From the IMG/VR virus record IMGVR_UViG_3300037400_004242: a stretch of DNA of 64,000 nt; one strand, 5' to 3'. A model generated the notes under the pieces. It did no database searches, was not told the origin of the DNA, and saw only the letters and a list, made by a program, of their open reading frames with translations. Position numbers and translations under genes: made by a program. The stretch's first letter is position 1. Every line of letters begins with the position of its first letter. Of this stretch, positions 49,693-59,568 are shown in pieces. Origin of the DNA: a virus (lineage: Duplodnaviria; Caudoviricetes).

Positions 49693-50757
49693 ATGGAAAA
49701 ACCACCTATTAGTGTTTCAATAAATATGGGAAGTGCTTGTAACTTTCGCTGTAAATATTGTTTTGAGGTAAAGAATGGTGCAGTTAATGATTCTAAAAGA
49801 CTTCAACAAAAAGTGAAAGAACGAGTTATTGATGTTATTAAATTATTGACTGAAACAAATAAAGTTCGTATTGAATTTTGGGGTGGTGAGCCGACAGTAT
49901 ATTTTGATGACATTTATGAAATTATTGAAGCAACGAAAGCATATGAAGAAGTAACCTATTTTATGTATACAAATGGTTCTTTGGTTGAAAAATATAGTAA
50001 AGAATTGCTTCAAATAAAAAATGATGTTGGGCATCGTTTTCAAGTACAAGTTTCTTATGACTATCATGATTTAAAAAATAATCAACGCATTCAATTGAAT
50101 AAGACAGTTGAAGAAACTGAAAAAATGGTATTAGATGCGATTCATTTTTTTGATGATAATGATTTTTTCTTCGGAACAAAAACAACTTGTACAATGCATG
50201 ATTTAGAAGAGAATTTATTTCATCAATATATGAATTTTGAAAATTTAAATAAAACATTAAAACATAAAGTAAATTTTAATCCAACACCTGATACATTAGG
50301 TGTTGGAAATGTTAATTATAATAAAATAGAAAAACAATTTATTCAATTGTTAAAATATTTTGTTAAAAATAAAAAGTTTGGGAAAACAGGATTCATGTGG
50401 TTTGATATGCCATCTAATGCAGATTGTACAGGTGGAATACATTCGTTTCAAATAGATGTTGACGGCAGAGTTACATATTGCCATGGATGTTTATATAGTA
50501 AGAAAGATTTGTTTTACACTTCTGTATTTGATGATAATTTTCTTCATAAAGTAGATTATAATTATCTTGCAGTATATAGAAAATACAAGAAAAATAGTCA
50601 ATGTTCAGATTGCAATTCACAATTCTGTTTCAGATGTAACGCAATTAATAGTGATGGAAACATAGAAGATTGGGATAAATCAAATATTCCTGATGTTTGT
50701 AAATTATATAATAAAATTTCAGATTATATCCGCGCCTATTACAAAATAACTCATTAA
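49693..50757 (+). CDS. Radical SAM/SPASM enzyme (locus II, B)
   Basis: CNFRCKYC, FWGGEP, YTNG; CTGG..DVDGRVTYCHGC...CSDCNSQFCFRCNA..C. Confidence 0.9.
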   Translation: MEKPPISVSINMGSACNFRCKYCFEVKNGAVNDSKRLQQKVKERVIDVIKLLTETNKVRIEFWGGEPTVYFDDIYEIIEATKAYEEVTYFMYTNGSLVEKYSKELLQIKNDVGHRFQVQVSYDYHDLKNNQRIQLNKTVEETEKMVLDAIHFFDDNDFFFGTKTTCTMHDLEENLFHQYMNFENLNKTLKHKVNFNPTPDTLGVGNVNYNKIEKQFIQLLKYFVKNKKFGKTGFMWFDMPSNADCTGGIHSFQIDVDGRVTYCHGCLYSKKDLFYTSVFDDNFLHKVDYNYLAVYRKYKKNSQCSDCNSQFCFRCNAINSDGNIEDWDKSNIPDVCKLYNKISDYIRAYYKITH

Positions 50758-50819
50758 TTTTACGATGTATTTTATTTTTCTAATAGAATAGGTATTGAAA
50801 AATTTGGAGTTGATAATAT

Positions 50820-52397
50820 ATGGCGATATGTACGGACACAAAATATGTAGAGGGATTTTATCAAATTGTAGAACCTCCACAATTTTTAAAAGACATGTTT
50901 CCAATTTGTAGACCTTTTGGTGACCCCGGTGATGACAAAAGTTATGAATTCGGGAGTAGTTATTGGAGCGGGTTCGATTCTACTTCTCGTGATGAAGCAT
51001 CAAGTCGTGGATTAAGTAATCGTAAAGGTCGTTTAAAAGATTCTTTTAGTGTTACAGATAAAGTTACGAATAAAGATTGGAACTGTGCAATTGTAAAATT
51101 GAAACAAGAATTTGCTATTCGTTGCGGTTTTAAGCATAATTGGATTCCATTTGTAGAACAAACGGGAGATTTTGGATTATCCAATCATTTAGGATATTTC
51201 CGTGATGGTATTAAAGGCGGAAGTGATGGTGATAGTGACCCAACGCAAGGCGAAAAAACGGATATTGTATATCGTAGAGATATGCAAAAAATATACTTAG
51301 ATATTATTCGTTTGCTAGACTATGAAGTTCCAATGTATTCCGTAGAAGATGGAAGCAAAAATCCTCGTTTCCCAGAGTTTAGAGGTATTTTTTCTAATGA
51401 TTATGGTAAAGTTGGGGACTACAATTCTATTTTAAAAGAAATTGTTGATATTGATGATGCTGATAAATTTTTAAAACAAGGGAATAATGTGTTTTTACCT
51501 CCTGATAATAAAGCATCTGAGAAAAAATGGAAATATTTTCATTTAAATGATAATGTTATTGGCTATCCTGGTGAACCAGCTTCTTCTTGTGCAAAATATG
51601 AAGGAAAATTAGAGAGTTTTGGTGATAACTATCCACCTGGTGGTTCAATTAACATTGACCAGCTAAACGATTGGGAAAGTCGTTATACATTAGGTACTGA
51701 TGCATATGATTTTAAAAAAATGACCAAGAAACGTATTTTGCAATTCATTGGTGCGTCTCAACCTTGGTATCGTAAGTCCGATTCATTATTGGATTGGGAC
51801 GATGGTATTTTTATTGATTATTGGCAACCAAAAAGAGATACTGATGATTTCGCATACGCTCAAGAAATAGTTCCTAATACATATTATCCATATGGAAATA
51901 AGGATTATACAGAAGATGGTGGAGCAGGTGGAAAAGAACCAAAGCCATCAGCATTATATAAAGCTGTACAAGAATTTAGAAAGAAATTTATAAATCCTGC
52001 AAAAGAAACTACAGATAATGATTTATTAGTTTCTGCCAAAATTTCAAAAACAGCTACAGTTGATAGAGATTTATATGGTAATCCAATTACACAAACTGTA
52101 GAAGAAGATGCATCATTTTCAGTAGCATATGTTATGAGACATGCTTATACAGAGTTTCAAACGGTAGATAAATATGGCGATGATGGAAAACTAATTAGTA
52201 GAATGACAATCGGCGGTGATAAAATTATCGTTGATGCTAACTCTGTCGCAAATGTGTTTATGAAAACAATAAATAAAATTTCAGATATTTGCGTTTGTAA
52301 CTGCAATTATTGTTCTTGCTTTGGTAATGAAGTTACATGCTTATGCTATGTTGTTAAGGTAACAGGTTGGTGCTATTCATACATGTATGTATATTAA
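50820..52397 (+). CDS. Protein with Cys-rich C-terminus, putative structural protein and rSAM substrate
   Basis: Ends ICVCNCNYCSCFGNEVTCLCYVVKVTGWCYSYMYVY (8 Cys); follows the SPASM pair; Gly/Asp-rich body. Confidence 0.6.
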   Translation: MAICTDTKYVEGFYQIVEPPQFLKDMFPICRPFGDPGDDKSYEFGSSYWSGFDSTSRDEASSRGLSNRKGRLKDSFSVTDKVTNKDWNCAIVKLKQEFAIRCGFKHNWIPFVEQTGDFGLSNHLGYFRDGIKGGSDGDSDPTQGEKTDIVYRRDMQKIYLDIIRLLDYEVPMYSVEDGSKNPRFPEFRGIFSNDYGKVGDYNSILKEIVDIDDADKFLKQGNNVFLPPDNKASEKKWKYFHLNDNVIGYPGEPASSCAKYEGKLESFGDNYPPGGSINIDQLNDWESRYTLGTDAYDFKKMTKKRILQFIGASQPWYRKSDSLLDWDDGIFIDYWQPKRDTDDFAYAQEIVPNTYYPYGNKDYTEDGGAGGKEPKPSALYKAVQEFRKKFINPAKETTDNDLLVSAKISKTATVDRDLYGNPITQTVEEDASFSVAYVMRHAYTEFQTVDKYGDDGKLISRMTIGGDKIIVDANSVANVFMKTINKISDICVCNCNYCSCFGNEVTCLCYVVKVTGWCYSYMYVY

Positions 52398-52410
52398 TAC
52401 AGAAAGGAAT

Positions 52411-52670
52411 TTCAGTAACCCACGAATAAATTCGTGGGATTGTGGTAGAAATATCACAATCCTTTGCTGAATAGCCTAAGTCTTAACTGACTACGTTGTT
52501 ATCGTTATCACACCCTAGTGCGTATGCTTTAACGCTAGGCTCTGTAAAAGTTCTAAGAGGTAGGAACAGTCAACCAGACGTAGACCGATTACGGCAAGCG
52601 ATTATAACATTGGCTAAGAGTAACCAACTCAAGAATAAAGTTATTTATAACTTTAGGAAGGAGGTAGACT
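52411..52670 (+). ncRNA. IscB omegaRNA (HEARO-like)
   Basis: TTCAGTAA pairs with TTGCTGAA; CCCACGAA/TTCGTGGG hairpin; characteristic AGCCTAAGTCTTAACTGACTACGTT and AACATTGGC segments directly upstream of iscB. Confidence 0.8.
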
Positions 52671-52674
52671 TGTT

Positions 52675-53013
52675 ATGTTAGTCTACGTATTAAATAAAAA
52701 TGAAAAACCTTTAATGCCTTGCAGTCCCAGAAAAGCTAGGATACTTCTTAAAGAAGGTAAGGCAAAAGTAATTAGACGAGAACCTTTTACTATACAATTA
52801 CTCTATGGTTCTAGTGGATACAAACAGAAAGTAAATCTCGGCGTAGATGCTGGCAGTAAACATATAGGTTTATCTGCGACTACCGAGAAGAAAGAACTTT
52901 TCGCCAGCGAAGTTAAATTAAGAACTGACATCGTAGATTTATTGTCTACGAGACTTCAGTATAGAAGAAGTAGAAGAAATAGAACTACTATAAGAAGGGG
53001 AGACTTAATATGA
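52675..53013 (+). pseudogene. iscB: Truncated IscB (PLMP domain, RuvC-I, start of bridge helix)
   Basis: MLVYVLNK..KPLMPC.P.KARILLK.GKA, LGVDAGSKHIG, RRSRRNR, then a stop; HNH and RuvC-II/III are absent. Confidence 0.85.
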
Positions 53014-53324
53014 CAATGTATGCAATTATTATAACTTTAGACGCTGATACATTATCTAAAGTATACACAGGAAATAGTATAGCAAGTGCTTATACAGATA
53101 TTGAGGAAATACTAAGAAGTTATGGATTTTCTCATAAACAAGGAAGTGTATATTTTGGAGATGAGGGAATAGACGCTGTTCATACAGTTATTGCAGTACA
53201 GAAACTATCAAAAAAATATGATTGGTTTGTACCAAGCGTACAAGATGTGCGAATGATTAGAATAGAGGAAGATAGTGATTTGATGGTGGCGATTAGATTT
53301 GCATATTTGGAATCCAATAAGTGA
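53010..53324 (+). CDS. vapD: VapD-family (Cas2-like fold) protein
   Basis: MYAI..LD...AY.DI...L..YGF...QGSVYFG...WF..SV.DVRMIRIEE.SDL. Confidence 0.85.
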   Translation: MTMYAIIITLDADTLSKVYTGNSIASAYTDIEEILRSYGFSHKQGSVYFGDEGIDAVHTVIAVQKLSKKYDWFVPSVQDVRMIRIEEDSDLMVAIRFAYLESNK

Positions 53325-53448
53325 ACAATATATGTATTCTAAGCCTGTAAAAGTATTAGTAAAAAAATATAAAATGGTTAATAGAAAGGAGGAGCGTTGT
53401 TTCCTCCCATGGTTAAAACCATGGGAGGAAACAACGCAAAATATATGA

Positions 53449-53715
53449 ATGGAGAATAAAACTTTAACAGAAGAAGAAAAAAAAGATTTTATGGAAAAAA
53501 TGGCGAATATAATTAATTATATGGAAGCCACAAGAAATATTATTTATCCTATGGATAAGATATTGTATCAAACAATTAATAATATTTTATCAATGTATAT
53601 GATTAGTTTAGGAAGAAAAGTTGGTATGGAATATGAAGAACTAGAAAAAAAGTATTCCAAAGATGAATCTGAAGTTGATGATATTATTGATAAAATTAGT
53701 AAGGAGACAGAATAA
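53449..53715 (+). CDS. Hypothetical protein (continuation of the rSAM locus II operon)
   Basis: Its apparent original RBS (AGAAAGGA, 52401) lies on the other side of the IscB element. Confidence 0.55.
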   Translation: MENKTLTEEEKKDFMEKMANIINYMEATRNIIYPMDKILYQTINNILSMYMISLGRKVGMEYEELEKKYSKDESEVDDIIDKISKETE

Positions 53716-54353
53716 TGGGAAAACAAATGTTATTTTTTTGCGGAATAATAACAATTAATAATGTTAATTTTTTGGTAAATCCTTTTACAAAAATTGAGGG
53801 TGAACCTGTTCTTCTGAGCAGAGATGCATATGTTCAGCTAACTGCTGAAGCATATGATTTCGTCACAAATGTTTTAGATTTATCACATAGAGAACCACAA
53901 TGCAAAGTTTATATTGAATGTTCTCCAACAGAAAAAGAAATTTTTGACAGAGACGATTTGAAAATTAATGAAGAGTTAAATAATGAGTCTCCTGAAGATA
54001 AACTTGATGCATATAAAGAAAAATGTATTCGTTTGATGAATGAAATGATTTCAAATCAACTTATGATTTCTAATTTTGAATTATATCATTTCTTTAAATT
54101 GAATCATTATCTTGAATCTAAAGGTTTCTTTATTACAGATGAAAATCGTGAAGAAAAGTATTTGGAAGTTATTAATAGTGGTGATGCAGAAGCACTTGAG
54201 AAACTTTCTGAATATTTGGATTCATTAGATGAATTTAATGCGATTGATGATATTTATATGCGTTATAAGGAATTTAAAGACAAGGTTAAGGTTGCTAAGA
54301 ATGAACAAGAAATTAAAGATGCATACATCGCCATGTCAAAAGCAACATTTTAA
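53715..54353 (+). CDS. Hypothetical acidic helical protein (possible fibre assembly chaperone)
   Basis: Translationally coupled ORF; function guessed from position only. Confidence 0.45.
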   Translation: MGKQMLFFCGIITINNVNFLVNPFTKIEGEPVLLSRDAYVQLTAEAYDFVTNVLDLSHREPQCKVYIECSPTEKEIFDRDDLKINEELNNESPEDKLDAYKEKCIRLMNEMISNQLMISNFELYHFFKLNHYLESKGFFITDENREEKYLEVINSGDAEALEKLSEYLDSLDEFNAIDDIYMRYKEFKDKVKVAKNEQEIKDAYIAMSKATF

Positions 54354-55149
54354 TATTGTTTATATGACTAATGAATCATATTTGTTTCAAACATATGTTT
54401 CTATTAGTTCATTGAAGATGAATAAACATCATAACATCAGTTATGATGTTTATTTGTTATGTATTGAAATGCAAGATATTGGAGATATAAAAAAATTAAA
54501 TGATGAGGATTTTTGTATTCATTCAATTTATATTGAACGTAATATTTATAGATATGATGCTAATGCAGGTGTTGTATATTATAAAATGATTTTACACGAA
54601 TTATTGGATGTGGATACAGTATTTCATATTGATTCAGATACAGTTGTTATTGATGATGTTTCAAGTATTTTTGATTATAATTTAACCGATTATTTTTGTG
54701 GTGGTGTAAAAGATAAAATTAAAGGATTGAAATACTTTAATGCAGGAAATGTGTTGTTAAATTTAAAAAAAATACGAGAAACATTATATGATAATGAATA
54801 TACAATGTATGATTATTTTTGGCAATTAGATAAAGAATTAAGAGATAAAAAAGGATTCCTTTGGGAACAAGATGTTTTTAATAAGGCTTTTGAAAATAAG
54901 ATTTTATATATTAATTATGGCTATAATTTTTTGGTGAATACTTATAGCCAATATAAGTTTAATGATTTAAGTAGAATTTATGGAGAAAAAGTAGATTATA
55001 AAAAAATTAAAATATTACATTTTGCAAGTCATCCAAAACCGTGGATAAAAACAAATTTATTTGGTGAAATTTGGAAAATGTATGCAGAAAATAAAGTAAA
55101 TAAAGAATTAGAACAGAAAATATTGAGGGTGGCGTGTCGTGAGTATTGA
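54229..55149 (+). CDS. Glycosyltransferase family 8 (start probably 54319)
   Basis: HIDSDTVV (DxD), YFNAGNVLLNL, EQDVFN, ILHFASHPKPW. Confidence 0.9.
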   Translation: MNLMRLMIFICVIRNLKTRLRLLRMNKKLKMHTSPCQKQHFNIVYMTNESYLFQTYVSISSLKMNKHHNISYDVYLLCIEMQDIGDIKKLNDEDFCIHSIYIERNIYRYDANAGVVYYKMILHELLDVDTVFHIDSDTVVIDDVSSIFDYNLTDYFCGGVKDKIKGLKYFNAGNVLLNLKKIRETLYDNEYTMYDYFWQLDKELRDKKGFLWEQDVFNKAFENKILYINYGYNFLVNTYSQYKFNDLSRIYGEKVDYKKIKILHFASHPKPWIKTNLFGEIWKMYAENKVNKELEQKILRVACREY

Positions 55150-56293
55150 TAGAAAACAAGCATTATTAATGCAATTTATGTTAGGTTCAAATTTAAAAGT
55201 AAAAAAAAGAGATAAAGATAAAATATTAGTTACTTGTAATATAGCTACCCGTCAAGGACACCAATATTTATGGGGAGCAGAAAAATATTGTATGAAAATT
55301 TGTCATCAGTTGGCAAAAAAATATGAAGTACATTTGTTTCAACAAGCAGAAAATTTTTTAAATTGTAATGATATTATTGTGCATCCACATATTTATAATT
55401 TTTTTTCTCGTTCAAAATTATTAGAAGTTGCTTTTAAGGCTTCTATGGTACAACCAAGATGCATTTTATGTAATGCAGGAACAGGTTCACAAGCGTTATT
55501 TTGGACAATTGTAGCAAAAATTATTGATGTTCCAATTATTATGTTTTTACATAATGAACCAACTTTTATAAAAGATACAATTTCTCCTGAATGGGGTATG
55601 TATTATGTTCGTGGTCAAACAATTATGAAAGATAAAGATATGCTGTATGATTTCGTCTTAGATTATTGTGATGAATTAGCATTTTTATTACCGCAATATA
55701 TAGATAGTAAATATAAAGATAAAACTTATGTGTATCTTAATTGTATTGATATTCCTAACAATGTAGATGTTGAATCAGATAGAAAAAATTTGTTGTATGT
55801 TGGTAGAATTAATACCGATGTTAAACGTACACAAATATTGTTAGATTGGGTTAAAAATACAGAATATGCTTGTAAAGTATGTGGCTATAATTATCAAGAA
55901 GATGGGTATCTTGATATGAATCAATATCAAAAATATAAAAATATAAATTTTTTAGGATACCATAAAAATATGGATAACATTTATCGTGAATCTAACGTAT
56001 TAGTTATTCCATCTTTATATGAAGGACTTCCAACAGTTGCATTAGAAGCATTATCTTATGGTATACCAATTGTTGGATTTAAAGAATGTAAATCTATGAA
56101 TGATATTATTCAGGATGGATATAATGGATGGCTAGTAGATAATAACTTTTCAGATGTTATGGAAAAAGTAATGTCTATAAAAGATATGAGACAAATTCGT
56201 AAGAATTGCTTAAATGAATCGAAAAAATATGATATAAATAATATTATGAAAACAATTTTTAAATCAATAGAGGATGTTAAATGTGAAGATTAA
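55139..56293 (+). CDS. Glycosyltransferase family 4 (GT-B)
   Basis: GAEK, LYVGRI, VIPSLYEGLPTVALEALSYGIP. Confidence 0.9.
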   Translation: MSIDRKQALLMQFMLGSNLKVKKRDKDKILVTCNIATRQGHQYLWGAEKYCMKICHQLAKKYEVHLFQQAENFLNCNDIIVHPHIYNFFSRSKLLEVAFKASMVQPRCILCNAGTGSQALFWTIVAKIIDVPIIMFLHNEPTFIKDTISPEWGMYYVRGQTIMKDKDMLYDFVLDYCDELAFLLPQYIDSKYKDKTYVYLNCIDIPNNVDVESDRKNLLYVGRINTDVKRTQILLDWVKNTEYACKVCGYNYQEDGYLDMNQYQKYKNINFLGYHKNMDNIYRESNVLVIPSLYEGLPTVALEALSYGIPIVGFKECKSMNDIIQDGYNGWLVDNNFSDVMEKVMSIKDMRQIRKNCLNESKKYDINNIMKTIFKSIEDVKCED

Positions 56294-57206
56294 TTTAATT
56301 TACTATTTATATGAAGTGAATGGTGCATTTACTTCATTTGAAGATACATTTTATAATTTAAGCAAGTTTACAAATCATAATGTTAATTTCTTTATTTTAT
56401 ATGAAGATAAATATATGTTAGCACAATTTAAAAAATATCTTCCAAAAGGCTCAGGAATTTGCTTATTAGAATTACCAAAAACTCCAGATAAAGGAACGAA
56501 TTTATATAAACGTGTTGCAGTTAGGGAAGTATATCATACAATGGTATATAATATAAAAGGTGACATTAATATTATTAGTTCTGAAGTTATTCGATTACAA
56601 AAAGCAAATAGAATTAAACAGAGTGCAAGTCAAGAAATGTTGTTATATCCTGCATTTATATATAAAGAACAAGGATTAGATAAAACTTTTTACAATGATG
56701 AACAAGAATATATTAAAAATAATGATGTACTTGTAATATGTAATAAATTTAATACAAAGTATGTTAATAATTCATTTGTTTGGTATATGCAATTTTCAAA
56801 AGAAAGAATTGAACAATTAAAAAAACTTGTTTCTAATGAAAATGATGTTTTATGTGCTGAAGAATATTATAAAAATAAAATGAATTGTAAAAATATTGAA
56901 CCGTTTTCATATAAGAAATATGAATATTATAGATATGATAAAAAAAATGAAACAAATTGTTATACAGATGATGGAGCAAGATATTATGAAAATATTGGAA
57001 AATTAATGTTTGAATTTGTTTTACTGGGAAAAGAATCATCATATTCTCCAAGAAATAAACAATTTGATGATGGATTGACAGAATTCATGAATTATTTGGG
57101 ATACGATGATAATCAATTATATTGGTGGAATCATAAGGATATTTCTTATTTAGAAAAAAGATTGTTTATGAACAAAGAAAATAAATTGTTATCTTTATTT
57201 AAATAA
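56274..57206 (+). CDS. Divergent GT-B-like protein (paralog of 27949-29328)
   Basis: NGAFTSFEDTFYNL; ENIGKLMFE (EX7E); DDGLTEF; located within the glycosyltransferase cluster. Confidence 0.45.
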   Translation: MLNVKINLIYYLYEVNGAFTSFEDTFYNLSKFTNHNVNFFILYEDKYMLAQFKKYLPKGSGICLLELPKTPDKGTNLYKRVAVREVYHTMVYNIKGDINIISSEVIRLQKANRIKQSASQEMLLYPAFIYKEQGLDKTFYNDEQEYIKNNDVLVICNKFNTKYVNNSFVWYMQFSKERIEQLKKLVSNENDVLCAEEYYKNKMNCKNIEPFSYKKYEYYRYDKKNETNCYTDDGARYYENIGKLMFEFVLLGKESSYSPRNKQFDDGLTEFMNYLGYDDNQLYWWNHKDISYLEKRLFMNKENKLLSLFK

Positions 57207-57208
57207 AA

Positions 57209-58816
57209 TTGGGAGAAGGTTCATCAATGAAAATTCTTGGAATACAATGTTATCAAGATTATAATGTAACATATTTTGATACAGTTACAAAAGATTTGAA
57301 ATATACAGAACTTGAAAAATTATTGAAGAAAAAACATTTTTCTTTTCATTCTGATAAAATAGATTATATGCCTGAAATTGATAGAATTTACGATGATAAT
57401 TTAAGAAATAATTTATATAAATGTCAGCGTATTATTCATGAAGAATTAGGTGTAAATAGATTTGATGTTGTTTGTTGGAATTACAAAACTTTTAAAGATG
57501 GATATTTAAAACAAGAATCTTATGATTTTGTAAAAATGTTAGAGCGTTGTGATGTTTTGAAATTTCATCATCAAGAGAATCATGTATTACCTACGATTTT
57601 TGAATATGATTTAAAAGATGCATTATGTTTTTCAATTGATGGAAAAGGTGACGGGAACCATGCTTTTTATCATTGGAAAGATAATAAATTAAATTTGTTG
57701 TTTCAGGAAAAAGCATTTTCTTATGGAATGTTTTATGAAGTCTTAGCATGTTATTTCTTAGATAAGAAGAATCAGTATGAACAAGGGTTAGAAGGAAAAT
57801 ATATGGCTTATGCAGGTTTGTCTAATAAATTCCTTGAACTTGAAAATATTGATGCTTTTATGAATGAAGTAAAAAAGACAAATTGGAATATATGGGAAGA
57901 TAAGATTGAAGTAGAAAAATTTATTTATAATTATTTAGATAAAATGTCAGAAAAATATGATAAATATGATTTGGCATATACTATGCAAAAATTATGGATA
58001 AATAATGTTATGGCTGATATAGCAAAGTATCGTCATGAAAGTGAAAATTTTGTAATTTCAGGTGGATGTGCATTAAATTGTATGTTAAATTATGAGATTA
58101 TAAAAACTGGATGGTTTAAAAATGTGTATTATACACCTATTGTTTCAGATGTTGGACAATCATATGGAGCAGTATTAAATTATTTATTGCATTATTCTCC
58201 TGAAAATTTAAAATTTGTAGATTCTGATGATTTTTCTATTACAGAAGGTATTCGAGATAAAAAATATTTTGATTCTATTTCTTCTAATTTTCATACATAT
58301 CAAATAGAAGAAATTTCATCAATATTAGAAAACGATGGAATTGTTGGAATATGTCGTGGAAATATAGAAATGGGACCTCGTGCATTAGGGAATCGTAGTA
58401 TATTGGCTTCACCTTTTCATAAAGAAATGCATGATAAATTAAATAAAATAAAAGGAAGAGAATGGTATCGTCCGTATGGAGTTATTGTTCCAAGAGAATA
58501 TTTATCACGTTATTTCGATATTGATGTTGATGTAAAATATATGAATATGTTAGCATATCCAAAAGACAAAGATGTACTTTTGGGAGCGCAACATACAGAT
58601 GGAACAATTCGTATTCAAACTGTTTCAGATGAAGATAATCGTTGGTTACATGATTTATTATTAACTTTTGGACAAAAAACAGGAGTTCCAATTTTAATTA
58701 ATACATCATTTAATGATGGTGGTATGCCAATTTTTAATTATATGAAAGACATGTATCGTATGTATAATGAAAAATTAAATGCTCTCGTTTATGAGAATAA
58801 GATGGTGTCAAAATGA
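57209..58816 (+). CDS. O-carbamoyltransferase (NodU/CmcH/TobZ family); start probably 57227
   Basis: HHQENH, DGKGD, EGKYMAYAG, SGGCALNC, EMGPRALGNRSILA, KGREWYRPY, HTDGTIRIQTV, LINTSFN. Confidence 0.92.
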   Translation: MGEGSSMKILGIQCYQDYNVTYFDTVTKDLKYTELEKLLKKKHFSFHSDKIDYMPEIDRIYDDNLRNNLYKCQRIIHEELGVNRFDVVCWNYKTFKDGYLKQESYDFVKMLERCDVLKFHHQENHVLPTIFEYDLKDALCFSIDGKGDGNHAFYHWKDNKLNLLFQEKAFSYGMFYEVLACYFLDKKNQYEQGLEGKYMAYAGLSNKFLELENIDAFMNEVKKTNWNIWEDKIEVEKFIYNYLDKMSEKYDKYDLAYTMQKLWINNVMADIAKYRHESENFVISGGCALNCMLNYEIIKTGWFKNVYYTPIVSDVGQSYGAVLNYLLHYSPENLKFVDSDDFSITEGIRDKKYFDSISSNFHTYQIEEISSILENDGIVGICRGNIEMGPRALGNRSILASPFHKEMHDKLNKIKGREWYRPYGVIVPREYLSRYFDIDVDVKYMNMLAYPKDKDVLLGAQHTDGTIRIQTVSDEDNRWLHDLLLTFGQKTGVPILINTSFNDGGMPIFNYMKDMYRMYNEKLNALVYENKMVSK

Positions 58817-59568
58817 AACATATACCGTTGATTGAATATCATTTGGTGAATCATTGCAATTTAAATTGTAAAGGCTGTGCTCATTTTGCACCATTAGCAA
58901 AGCCTTGGTTTGCAAATATAAATAAATTTGAAAAAGATTTAAAACAGTTGTCTTCTTTAGTGATTATTGATAAATTAACTTTATTCGGTGGAGAACCATT
59001 ATTGCATGATAACATTAATGATTTTTTAATAATTGCTAGAAAAATTCTTCCGAATACAGATATTAGTATTTTAACAAATGGGATTTTATTGTTGAAAAAA
59101 TTAGGTTCGCTTGCAAAAGTAATGAAAGAAAATAATATATATATGGATATTACTTGTTATCCTATTCCTGTTAAATATGAATTAGGGCTAAAAATGTTGA
59201 AAACGCTTAAAGTTCCATATCGTATATATAATGATATGGAACGTGTAAAAACATTAAGACATCATTTTCTTTCTCATAAAAAGGAAAAAAATAAATGGGA
59301 ATGTTTGATGATAAATTCAAATTCAGTTCAATTAAGAAATGGGAAATTATATATATGTCCTTTACAAGCATATATTGATATTTTTAATGAGTATTTTCAT
59401 GAGAATTTTAAAGTAGACAATAATGATATTTTAGATATTTATCATTGTACGGATGATGATATATTAAATATGTATCATAGGAAAAATGATTTTTGTGAAT
59501 ATTGTAGAGAACCAATAGAAGGGAATAAATATTCTACATCTAAAAAGGAGAAATCAGAATGGATGTAA
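58813..59568 (+). CDS. Short radical SAM enzyme (HFAP group, copy 2)
   Basis: CNLNCKGCAHFAPLAKPW, GGEPLLH, TNG, LYICP, FCEYC. Confidence 0.88.
   Translation: MKHIPLIEYHLVNHCNLNCKGCAHFAPLAKPWFANINKFEKDLKQLSSLVIIDKLTLFGGEPLLHDNINDFLIIARKILPNTDISILTNGILLLKKLGSLAKVMKENNIYMDITCYPIPVKYELGLKMLKTLKVPYRIYNDMERVKTLRHHFLSHKKEKNKWECLMINSNSVQLRNGKLYICPLQAYIDIFNEYFHENFKVDNNDILDIYHCTDDDILNMYHRKNDFCEYCREPIEGNKYSTSKKEKSEWM

Larger units (their letters stand above)
52411..53444 (+). mobile_element. Internally substituted IscB element (omegaRNA, iscB 5' part, vapD cargo, iscB 3' remnant, terminal palindrome)
   Basis: HEARO-like 5' end; PLMP ORF; IERRSVVSSHG* remnant at 53381-53416; 21-bp perfect palindrome at 53394-53437; ATGA immediately after. 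Confidence 0.8.

Noticed and set aside
52496-52681. 61-aa ORF upstream of iscB
   Set aside because: It lies within the omegaRNA scaffold and has no RBS.
53010-53324. Cas2 / CRISPR-Cas locus
   Set aside because: The sequence fits VapD; no cas1, other cas genes or repeat-spacer array was seen in the window.
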